This document shows, in pieces, positions 52,881 to 64,000 of a DNA stretch of 64,000 nucleotides. Every line of letters starts with the position of its first letter. Position 1 is the first letter of the stretch. The notes beneath the pieces are model-generated. The model made no database searches and was not told the DNA's origin. It saw only the letters and a list, made by a program, of their open reading frames with translations. The position numbers were made by a program, and so were the translations under genes. Source of the stretch: Octopus sinensis (taxonomy: Eukaryota); contig NC_043005.1 of the NCBI RefSeq assembly GCF_006345805.1, positions 83,514,001 through 83,578,000 on the forward strand. The letters run 5' to 3'.

Positions 52881-53643
52881 TTGAATTTTCTGCTGCTTTT
52901 AAATAAAGTATATATATATATATATATAAACACAAATGGGTTAAGGTTCACTATAGTTGTTTCAGACACATTTTATATTGATGAATAAATTCAGTTATGT
53001 ATGTAGGCACTAGCATAGCTAGAGTGTGCCACACCCGGACCCCACAAAAAACACATTACCTACAGCAATAGCCTAAAACAGGATGAAATGTGCTGCCCAG
53101 GGCAAGCCAGCAATTTGGGGGGAGGAGGTAAATTGATTACATTGACCCCAGTGATTAACTGGTATTTATTTTATTGACTCTGAAAGGCAGAGTTGACCTT
53201 GGCAGACAGAACATAACAACAGTTGAAATGCTGCTAAGCATTTTGCTTGGCATGCCAGCGCACCACCTTAATTAAATAATTGATATTCTTTTCTACTCTA
53301 GGCACAAGGCCCAAAATTTTCGGGAGGGGTGGGGCAGTCGATTAGATCAACCCCAATATGCACCTGGTACTTAATTTATCGATCATGAAAGGATGAAAGA
53401 CAAAGACAACCTTGGCAGAATTTGAACTGAAAACGTAAAGACAGACAAAATTCCACAAAGCATTTCGCCTGGTGTGCTAACGATCCTGCCAGCTCACTGC
53501 CTTTAAGTAATTAATATTGCTAACATGTGATGTGTCCTGGTGGCCAGCTATTGTAAAGGAGATTCTAAATAAATCTTGGCAGGCTTACAAGTTTGGATTT
53601 CAAATCAAAGAATAAGGAAGAAAATACATAGAATATGCATATC

Positions 53644-53944
53644 TCTTTTACTCTTTTACTTGTTTCAGTCATTTGACTGCAGCCATACTGGAGCATCGCC
53701 TTTAGTCGAGCAATGCTAGAGGGACAAACACAGACACACAAACATATACACACACATACATACATATATATACATATATACGACAGGCTTCTTTCAGTTT
53801 CCGTCTACCAAATCCACTCACAAGGCATTGGTCAGCCCGGGGCTATAGCAGAAGACACTTGCCCAAGTTGCCATGCAGTGGGACTGAACCCGGAACCATG
53901 TGGTTGGTTAGCAAGTTACTTACCACACAGCCACTCCTGTGCCT
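53644..53944 (-). mobile_element. SINE family A, antisense, internally deleted
   Basis: Reverse complement of the head and tail of the 39428 copy. Confidence 0.85.
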
Positions 53945-54148
53945 ATTAATAGTTTTTTCTTTTAGCTTACTCATTACAAACATTTTAAAATTTCTAGTCA
54001 TAGCTATTCATGTATTGTGCCATAATTTTATTTCATAATTTAAAAACTTCAATAAAAAGGATTGTAAATCAATAATAAAAAATAAAACAGTTGAAACACA
54101 AAGGAATCTCATTAACAAAAAATGCAATTAAATAATGGAATTCCTTAC

Positions 54149-54337
54149 TTCACCCTCCTCAGGAGCTTTGTATATGTGACCAAGTTCATCAAAATAATAT
54201 TCCTCGTTGTATATTATATCTGGGCAGTAAAATTTTCGGAGCAAGGTCAGCAGAGTTCTGCGATCCCATTCATCAGTGACACGTCCACCGTAGTTACATT
54301 CACCAGTCAGATAGAGCAATGCTTCATATTGAACGTC
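54149..54337 (-). CDS. DNAH7: Dynein heavy chain exon (DVQYEALLYLTGECNYGGRVTDEWDRRTL...EEGE)
   Basis: ttcag acceptor and gtaagg donor; 189 nt, phase 0. Contains the conserved YGGRVTDxWDRR motif. Confidence 0.95.
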
Positions 54338-54477
54338 CTGAATACAAGAAATATATGGAATCATGTAAATAAGCATCAAACCATATGACAAATGGCCATT
54401 TCACATCACTCCATCAGTATGTACATGTGTGTGTGTGTTTATATCATCATCATTTGGAAGGCAACCATGCAAACTGT

Positions 54478-54509
<32 letters not shown>

Positions 54510-54512
<3 letters not shown>

Positions 54513-54816
54513 TTATATATAAAATTGAAGTTGTGTGTGTGAGACTCAGTCTCCTCCGATTTAGATTCCTAACTACTCCCACATTTTGCGGTGCAGTTTA
54601 ACCAAAAGCAGGTATCTTATAGTCGTCATTCATATCAAGCCCTTCTGGGTATTAGCGCGCGTCTACGATGAGTCTACGATTTAAAAAAAAAATTACCATC
54701 ATTTTTCCGCATTTTTAATGATTTTTGCTTGGGTTATATAAGGGAAGTAACTCTCTAAAAATGCTTATATAGTTGTTTCCCTTACAAACCTGAGCAACAC
54801 CGGGCGATACTGCTAG
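54510..54816 (+). mobile_element. Non-autonomous Helitron-type element
   Basis: Starts A|TC. Ends with an imperfect subterminal hairpin (CCTGAGCAACACCGGG) followed by CTAG|T. No target-site duplication. Confidence 0.65.
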
Positions 54817-55400
54817 TATATATATAGGGGTCGTTTATAAAGCTTGAAACACGTGTACCGCGATATCCTTTGTGTTCTGTTTTTGATTTGAATTTATATA
54901 TATATGTATATATACTGAGGGAGATATATATATATATATACAGATAGACAGATATAGATAAATATATACAAACAGACAACTATGCATAGACAGACAGACA
55001 GACAGACAGATAAGTTAGTTTATTATGTTCAGTTCAGTGATGACTTAGCTGGCCAAAACTTCAAAGTCACTGTCAATGATATTCTTGTCAAATGTATATA
55101 TATATATATAGTCTTGGTTGGATTTTACTCATAAGGTATTGGAATCGAATCTTACATATATATCATTCTGCCTAAAAATGGACCTACAAGTTCAATATCC
55201 CTACATATCTCACATCTATTATCTTTTCTCCTTCTCATTCTCTATTTTGTATCCTATCTAAATTAACCATCCTCTCACACAGTCTCTGAAGGGATATAAT
55301 TAATAAATATCCTGGAAACAGCTGTAAGACCTATCTATAAATGTTCTAATATCTACACATTATTTCATTATGCAAAAAAATTCTTATATATATATATATA

Positions 55401-55812
55401 TCATCATCATCATCATCATCGTTTAGCGTCCGTTTTCCATGCTAGCATGGGTTGGACGGTTCTACTGGGGTCTGGCAGTGTTTCTACGGCTGGATGCCCT
55501 TCCTAACGCCAACCACTCCGTGAGTGTAGTGGGTGCTTTTTACGTGCCACCTGCACAGGTGCCAGACAGAGCTGGCAAACGGCCACGAACGGACGGTGCT
55601 TTTTATGTGCCACCGGCACGAGGGCCAGGCGAGGCTGGCAACCGACACGAACGGATGGTGCTTTTTACGTGCCACCAGCACGAGGCCAGTCGGGGCGGCG
55701 CTGGCAATGGTCGTGAAACGGAAGGTTCTCTTACATGCCACCGGCACTGGTAACACATCTGCAATTTCCATTGATCAATTTCGATTCTGATCCTCACTTG
55801 CCTCAACAGGTC
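55401..55812 (-). mobile_element. RTE 3' UTR copy, antisense
   Basis: (CAT)n head; reverse complement of about 56220-56690. Confidence 0.85.
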
Positions 55813-55839
55813 ATATATATATACATATATATATATGTA

Positions 55840-56690
55840 AGACTCGACAGAGTGTAAGTACTTTGAGAGAAAAGTTGGACCTAAGAAGCATCAGTTGTGG
55901 TGTGCAAGAGAGACGTTTGCGCTGGTATGGTCATGTGGCGAGAATGGATGAAGATAGTTGTGTGAAAAAGTGCCACACCCTAGTGGTTGAGGGGACCTGT
56001 GGAAGAGGTAGACCCAGGAAAACCTGGGACGAGGTGGTGAAGCACGACCTTCGAACTCTAGGTCTCACCGAGGAAATGACTAGAGACCAAGACCATTGGA
56101 AGTATGCCGTGCGTGAGAAGACCCAGCAGGACAGGTGAGGCCATAATCCCGTGGCCTCTACCGGGGATGTAACCAGCCCACTTATGCGTTCCTTTCCTTC
56201 TTGGGACACAAAACTCCACTTGTGAAGACCTGTTGAGGCAAGTGAAAATCAAAATCAAAATCGTAATCTATCAACATCAGTGGAATTTGTAGTTGTGATA
56301 CCAGTGCCAGTGGCATGTAAGAGAACCATCCGAACGTGGCCGTAGCCAGTGCTACCCTGACTGGCTTCCGTACCGGTTCACGTAAAAAGCACTATCCGAC
56401 CGTGGCCGTTGCCAGCCTTGTCTGGTCTCCGTGCCAGTGGCACGTAAAAAGCACCATCCAATTGTGGCCGTTTGCCAGCCTCGTCTGGCACCTGTGCCGG
56501 TGGCACGTAAAAAGCACCCACTATACTCACGGAGTGGTTGGCGTTAGGAAGGGCATCCAGCTGTAGAAACACTGCCAGATCAGACTGGGCCTGGTGCAGC
56601 CTTCTGGCTTCCCAGACCCCAGTTGAACCGTCCAACCCATGCTAGCATGGAAAGCAGACATTAAACGATGATGATGATGATGATGATGAT
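55840..56690 (+). mobile_element. 3' end of an RTE LINE: ORF C-terminus, 3' UTR and (GAT)n tail
   Basis: REKLDLRSISCGVQERRLRWYGHVARMDEDSCVKKC..GRGRPRKTWDEVVKHDL* is the canonical RTE C-terminus. It runs directly into the abundant GAT-tailed repeat. Confidence 0.92.
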
Positions 56691-56699
56691 ATATATATA

Positions 56700-57160
56700 C
56701 GGCAAGAAGAAAATGGAGGGGATCCAGAGGTAGTATGCATCAACTGTTACACATATTATGTCTATTTATCTATTCTAAACAATTATGAGAATATATATAC
56801 ATATGTAAACATTGTATTTTACATACATAAGTACCAGTAATTTCTAGAATAGAAAAAGAAGAGCAGTTCCCTATACCTTTTGACATATATTTCCCCCTTT
56901 ATTGCCCCCATATTTTGGTTAAAAATATACAGTTGATTCCCCTAATTAGACAGATACATATATTACATTTATTGTATGCGGTATTATACCTTTGTAAGAA
57001 CTTATTTTTCGTATACAGTCTATTAAGATTACATCCCCTTAGTCATATGTATATATGTATATATATTCTGATAATTGTTTAAAATAAATAAATAGACATA
57101 ATATAACGTCTAACGGTTGATGCATACTATCTCTGGATCCCCTCCATTTTCTTCTTGCCG
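56700..57160. mobile_element. MITE with long TIRs and TA flanks
   Basis: CGGCAAGAAGAAAATGGAGGGGATCCAGAGGTAGTATGCATCAAC.. at the left and its near-exact reverse complement ending at 57160. TA at 56698-56699 and 57161-57162. Confidence 0.8.
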
Positions 57161-57336
57161 TATAAATTAAGGGTAAACCACTTTTTACCCTCGCCAATTT
57201 ATTACGCTCGATAGTGCAATTACTGTGCAATAACCAACACTTGTGTATTAATAATTGGGTATATTACCAGCAGTATATTGGATAGATATTATCCCTTAGT
57301 TGGTTGGATTCACAACCTCTAACATTATTTGAATTT

Positions 57337-57371
<35 letters not shown>

Positions 57372-59363
57372 GGTGGCTGCCCCCTCGTTATCGAGTATGG
57401 CCATTGCACGAAGCTTAATCAATGTTGTTATCGTGCAATGCCTGTGCAAGAAGATTGTTTTTAAAGTGAAGAAAGGCTGTGCACTGAGTCAATCCCACTC
57501 ACTAAGCAACAGCAGCCATAATCTGAAAAGAAGAACAAGTCAACATCATCGGTAACCACTGAGCCGCAGGTTTTATGTCGGAGTTATCCCAGTTACCTGA
57601 GTTACCTTCTCCTAGAAGGATGCCCTAACAAAGGCTAGGAGTCCTTCACTCCCAATGGTTTAACTGTGTGATCGGGTATTCAGTCTGATTATTTCTATGT
57701 CCCCACGCATGGTACATCCTAAAGACATTTATTGGATGGCCGTTGACTTTCAAGAGTTCCTCCGCCCATTGATGGGTTTTGTTTTTCATCCCGCAGGATA
57801 TCCAATAAACACCCTCCTCACCAAGCAAGCTTGGTGGGGTTGCCGGTTTAGTTGCTGACGACCCGACCATATATATATATACATACATACATGTATATAT
57901 ATATATAAATGTGGATAGTTGATAAACATCCATAGGTCAGAAAAAAACAGGCACCCATATTTTGGTTCATAAAGTGGGCATTAATAAAACACATTATTAT
58001 ATTCTCATATCAGCCACTTTATCAGTTGGTTTCATACCAGGAGTTGAGATAACCCAGCAATGAACAGAAAAAACCCAGAAGGAATAATATGGCTTGAGTT
58101 CTTTGTCACTGGTGGGGCTGAAAGTGTGACATCTGGTCTAGAGGTCTTATGACTGTTGAAAAACCAAAACAACATCACCCAGGTCAAAACCAGATGGGAA
58201 ACATGTTTTTAGCTCATTGTTGATACACTCATGGGTTGGGAGATATATGCTTGTAGGGTGGTGTAGGGACCAAGGTGAGAGTGGGTTGGTATAGAGATGT
58301 CGGCGTGAGAGTGGTGATGGGACCTAATGGGGAAAGATTAATATTAACATCATGCGAGGTGTACATATATGTACTTATATATTCACATACATACATCATC
58401 ATAATAGTTGCACCCTCGTTACACGAGAAAAGCCATTGCCAAAAAGACTTACTGAAATGGTTCATTATTGATGCCATGTGATGCTCTTATATGAGTTTTA
58501 CACATTTTATTAGATACTGCACAGCTGTGCTGGCTGGTAGGAGAAACACACACACACGTGCATGCACGAAGGTTTGCATATATATGTGATATCTTTCATT
58601 GGTATATGATGTGCTGTGATGAGTGTGATATGCATCAAACTAAGTGGTTTTCCTCATTGCAATCCTTTATAGCATTTATTTCCCCCAACTTTAATCAATA
58701 CGAATATCAATGACCTGATATTGACATTGATTTACCTTTATCACATTTTTAAAAAATCAATGTCCTCATTTATTGATCATGTCATTTGATATTTAGAGAC
58801 TATCTGAATTATAAGAATATCTTCCTCACGTTTAATGGTTAAAATTCATGTAAATCTTTTCTGATAGTATTAAAACCAAGGTCATCTCTTGTAATAATTT
58901 GAATATTTTTCACCTTAAAACCCACATTTTCTTTCTTTAGCTGAGCTAGTTACAAGATATATTTGAATATTTGATCATTGACGTGCATAGAATCACATGA
59001 GTATCTGCATTTTTTCATCAGAATATGCAGGTAAGAATATAAAATAGAAACATGAACTCTACATCATAAGAATATGCAGAATATGAGAATAATTTTAGAA
59101 CAGAATCACTGTACACAGCAGTGTAAAATGGTGAAGAAATTCACACTTTACAGCAAATAAAGAACTATAAATGAGCAAACAAAGAAGACTTGTTATGTGG
59201 TTGCTCAACATGACAGAAATAACAGCTAAGTTTCCCTCATATCACAAAATAAATAAGATAGGATGGTCATAGCTGAGATGCTTAGGCCTTTGGTCTACAC
59301 AGCCAAAAGGGACCTGAGGACTGAACAACAACAATAATAACAAAAGCAACAATGACAACTTAC

Positions 59364-59525
59364 ATCATATTGGTTAAGGAACATCGATAATTGTTGAACA
59401 CTGATTCTTAAATCGGTTTCGTTGAACTCATATGGAATATTCCATCCAAGTGGTCCAAACTTCCGTCTCTCTTGCACCAAAGCATGGAAGAAGCAAAGTC
59501 CATAAAGCATTTTCTTGAATGCAAG
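59364..59525 (-). CDS. DNAH7: Dynein heavy chain exon ([54 protein letters not shown])
   Basis: ttttcag acceptor and gtaagt donor; 162 nt, phase 0. AAA6 motif [17 protein letters not shown]. Confidence 0.95.
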
Positions 59526-60316
59526 CTGAAAACAAAAGAAATTTAAGAGAAAGATATTTATTTTTTAAAAACAAACGTTTTTAGTTTTCCATTTTTGTTA
59601 CAATAATTCCATATATTTTCACCATGTGACACATTATACCTATACTCCTAGTTCTACAACTATTGCACACTAGTACAGCCATCACTGCTGAAATGCTGAA
59701 CTACAGAGGGAGACTCTTGGCCTGCTAGAAGTAGCAGCCAATTCTCCCTCAAATTAGACCCTTCCATCTTTAAAAAGAAAGGTGTCATTAAATAATATAG
59801 TTCAAGGTGTTTTAAATCAGAACCCCCCCCCCCCCAATAAAAAAGATGAATGCCATTACTGGAGCATCTTTGATTAAAGATCTGCTGCATCAGGGCAAAG
59901 CTGGGTCCAAACTAGTCATGGGCACACTGCGGCCTGTGGAAATTTCTGAGTGGCATGACAACAAAAAATAAAAAAAACTTGAATTTTTAAAAAAAGTGTG
60001 GCCTACCTGGTGATGATCCACGTCTTTTGCATCCCACTTGCTTATAAAAGTTACTTATACCCAGTCTAAACAATAACAACAACAACACTACCATTACTCC
60101 CTCTACAGAAACTATTTCCTTTAAAGAAATTCAAATTTTGTTACAAAGCCAGAAATCTGTTGCAGAAGAGTAAAGTCCAGGAGTGTCAAACTTGTTTAGC
60201 TTTGCAATCTGGACTGAATCATAAATTAGATCTCATGAGTTAAATAGGGACAATGATCCCTAAAATCTCCCTAAATAATGTAGGCCAAAATAAATGGATA
60301 AATATAAATAAATATA

Positions 60317-60638
60317 TGCCGGTGCACATGCAAAAAACATTCGAGCGAGGTTGTTGCCAGTGCCGCTGGACTGGCTCCTGTGCAGGTGGCATGTAAAAAA
60401 CACCATTTGAGCGTGGCCGATGTCAGTACCACCTGACTGGCCATTTTGGCCTGTGGCATGTAAAAGCACCCATTACTCTCTTAGAATGGTAGGCATTAGG
60501 AAGGGCATCCAGCTGTAGAAACTCTGCCAGATCAAGATTGAAGCCTGGTGCAGTCATCTGGTTCGCCAGACCTCAGTCAAATCATCCAACCCATGCTAGC
60601 ATGGAAAGCAGACGTTAAACGATGATGATGGTGATGAT

Positions 60639-60640
<2 letters not shown>
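60317..60640 (+). mobile_element. RTE 3' UTR copy, followed by a compound CA/TA/GA/GATA microsatellite
   Basis: Ends CCATGCTAGCATGGAAAGCAGACGTTAAACGATGATGATG. Confidence 0.8.
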
Positions 60641-60727
<87 letters not shown>

Positions 60728-62410
60728 CGATAGATAGATAGATAGATAGACAGAAAGATAGATAAGACCATATATACACATGACCATATATGCACATGCA
60801 CACTTCACACACACACACACAAGGACACATATGGAGACACATATCCATACATCCATACATACATACATACATACATATATACATACATACATAAGTGTAT
60901 TACACATGCACGCTTACACATACACATGTGCACAAATAAATAAACAAAAAGAATGCAGCTCTGATAATGGACAAAGTCAATGACTATTGAAGAGGTTGCA
61001 ATATGTAACAAAAATTTTAGAAAATATAAATAAGTAAATGAATGGAAATTTTACCAGTGAGTGTGTTAATTAATAAGGCACTAAAAGAGAATGACTCTCT
61101 CCAGACACAATAATATATATATATATGTGTGTGTGTGTGTGTAGTTGTGTGTGTGTGTATCATAATCATCATCATCCTCATCATCATTGTTTAACATCAG
61201 CCTCCCATGTTGGCATGGATTGGTTGGTTTGGCAGGAACTGGCCTACCCCAAACTCCTGTGTCTTGTTTTGGCACACATTTTACAGTTGGATGCCTCTCC
61301 CAGCACCACACACACACACATGCACACACATTCATACATACATACGTATACACATATATTCCTGTTAAGTAAGACTCCTTACAGTAAGAACAGAGACAGA
61401 AACTGTCCAAATGAATGTATTGAGTTCTTGAGAAAACTGATGCTTGATAGGAAGCTTGCATTGTTTTAGCTGCAAAACTTTACTCACATCACTAGAATCT
61501 ATTTGAACAAACATGTAAATATATTTGGACAAAAATTATTTTTCCTTTCCTTTCAGCTCAATAAACAAAGTGAAGGGGAGATAAGTCACATCTTTTAGTA
61601 TGTGGATTATAACTTGTTGATCAAGGTAATTAAAGATTCCCTAATGTGCACTGATTTGACTTATCAGAATTGGTATTAATCATGATTCTAGTCAGGCTTT
61701 GACTCCAAACACTTTCTCTTAATATATTGTAAGAGAATTTTTTAAAATTAATATTTTTTTTTTTATAAAACTGAGCTGGGGCTATGAATTTTTGCTAATT
61801 ATCCATAGCCATCAAGCTGAAACCCTCAGAAATAACTGGTCAGTTGATCATCATCAAACCCTTCAGTTTCCTCAAGAATGTTGATATTCAAGCTGTCACT
61901 GATCATCTTTAGAAAGCAAGAATTGATGTAATACTGATTGCATTACCCAACTTGCAGCATATTGTGAGTTTAGATCTTAATAATAAAAAAATATGAAACC
62001 ATTATAATATGCCAATTTAGTTAATTTTGTCAAGCTCTCTTTTCAGTTTGTAAGATAGAAATTTAAATGTAATAAAATGTTTTAAAAGAAATTTGAAGTG
62101 CCTACGTGGTAACTGTAAACCTACTTTTGGGCGACCCTGTAGTATTCTTAATTTTTTCAGATGTATCAAGTAACTTCTTAGTTAGCTGATCTTTAATGAA
62201 GCTCTTGCTAGTACCTATGTAGAAATACACCTGTTCTGCTGTACAGTTTCTTTAATTTAGCAGTTTGATTTTAGTGGGCATAATTTATTTATTTCTTGCG
62301 CAATTACATCTCTTATCTCTAACTCTACTTTGTTTATCTCCTTTTCTACTTGATTATTTATATGGATGATCCAAGGCTATGGACAAAGACACTTGCTCAA
62401 TATATATATA

Positions 62411-62742
62411 TCATCATCATCATCATTTAATGTCCGTTTTCCATGCTAGCATGGGTTTGACGGTTCAACCGGGGTCTGGGAAGCCAGGAGGCTGCACCAG
62501 GCTCCAGTCAGATCTGGCAGTGTTTCTACAGCTGGATGCCCTTCCTAACGCCAACCACTCCGCGAGTGTAGTGGGTGCTTTTTACGTGCCAGGGGAGGCT
62601 GGCAATGGCCATGATCGGTTGGTGTTTTTTACGTGCCACCGGCATGGAAGCCAGTCAAGGTGGTGCTGGCATCGACCACGTACAGATGGTGCTTTTTACA
62701 TGCCACCAGCACAGGTGCCAGGGGAGGCTGGCAATGGCCATG
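62411..62742 (-). mobile_element. RTE 3' UTR copy, antisense, inserted in (TA)n
   Basis: (CAT)n head with TA runs on both sides. Confidence 0.85.
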
Positions 62743-63167
62743 ATATATATATATATATATATATACTGAGCAAATGTCTTTGTCCATTGCCTTGGATCAT
62801 CCAAAGCATTGTGAATGAATTTTGATGGATAGAAACAAGTGTGTTGAAACCTGTCAAAAGAACCATTCCTCTTGTTGAGTGTTAAACATAACCCATCATA
62901 ACCCATAGTTAAACACTATTATCTGGCCCATTGGTGCCACCAGCAGAGTCATTATACTGTAAGCATTTGACTGGTCCCTATTTTACACAAGTAAGGTGGA
63001 AGGAAAACATCAATCTCAATAAAGATTCAAACTCCTCTCTTCCTCACACCGGCCTTAAAAAAAAGGGCAATGCTCGTTATTCTTTTAAAGATGATTGGCT
63101 TTGCCCATCCTTATTCTAATTAAGTAGTTATAGAAAAAAAAAAGAAAATATACTGAAATATACTCAC

Positions 63168-63368
63168 AGAATTTTGTGACCCTTCAAAAAATTCTGCATC
63201 CGATATTGGATCACTGAGATAAGATCTTACAATGTTGGCTTTCAATCCCTTGGGTGGTTCGTTGGTCATTTTGACACCATTTTGTAAGATAGAAACAGGG
63301 AATGTCGTTGAGGGATAACTGGTTAACCATAATCGGAAGTCTGGATGAGTCCGCTCGGGATGAAAATC
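63168..63368 (-). CDS. DNAH7: Dynein heavy chain exon ([45 protein letters not shown]...SQNS)
   Basis: ttctcag acceptor and gtgagt donor; 201 nt, phase 0. AAA6 motif [24 protein letters not shown]. Not in the ORF track. Upstream exons lie outside the window. Confidence 0.95.
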
Positions 63369-64000
63369 CTGAGAAACATTTCAAAAGATATAAATCATTG
63401 ATGAGTTAGAATTCTTCAAAGGGAAGTTGATTTAACTGGGACATAATATATTTCTTTGTGAGTGGAATCTGGCACACAGGATCTGTGGATACCTTTTGCA
63501 TGTGAATAGGTATTGTGTTTTTGTGTGGAGAAGTTTTGACACATATCAGCAGATGATGTATAAACACTGGGGTAGAACCAACACAAAGTCCACTGAGTAT
63601 AGAAACTCTCTTATCACTTCCACTGTCAGAAATGTAGAGAGCCAGAGACCTGTTAACAAGATACTATTTTTTTTTTCTTTTAAAGTTTCAGCTCAGAGCT
63701 GCTGCCATGCTGATGCACTGCCATTGACAAATTGTGATATATTTTATATTACAATTTAGCTCTTTCCCTTTTACAGTTTGAATTCAAATCCAATCAGCTT
63801 TCACACATCACACTTTTTTTTTTTTGTTGATTTAATTACACTTTAGAAATGTTGATTGAAGGTTGAGTGCTACTGAGTGGAAGGGAAAGAGAGAATTAAC
63901 CCTTTCGTTACCATATTTTTGCTTTTCTTTCAATTGATTTTGAAAATAATAAAGGATTTAGTACAACAACTTTTTCATTATTAAGCCAGTGTTTGGAACA

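Noticed and set aside
62815-62862. TTGATGG...GAAACCTGTC
   Set aside because: Stems I and II do not pair.

Overview
AT-rich, repeat-dense animal genomic DNA. The SINE/LINE families resemble those of Octopus (coleoid cephalopod); this is inferred from recalled repeat sequences, not from a search. Two genes are well supported and convergent. (1) An FKBPL-like gene with a single-exon CDS (34266-35123, +). It probably starts at a compact CRE/GC-box/ETS/YY1 promoter near 31.45 kb that looks bidirectional. (2) The last nine coding exons (about 520 aa) of an inner-arm axonemal dynein heavy chain most like DNAH7 (63368 down to 40939, -). I rebuilt these exons by hand with GT-AG boundaries and consistent phases. 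The rest is tRNA-derived SINEs, RTE LINE fragments and their (GAT)n-tailed 3' UTRs, two mariner relics, a Penelope-like GIY-YIG fragment, a Helitron-type element, MITEs and microsatellites. The most unusual signal is a set of minimal type I hammerhead-ribozyme folds from at least four unrelated sequence families. Three of them occur as back-to-back inverted pairs inside long palindromes (30.8, 44.2-44.8 and 52.7-52.9 kb). Their catalytic cores differ at positions 3 and 8 (C-G, U-A, A-U, U.G), matching the known tertiary base pair. All folds were read by eye, and cleavage activity is untested.
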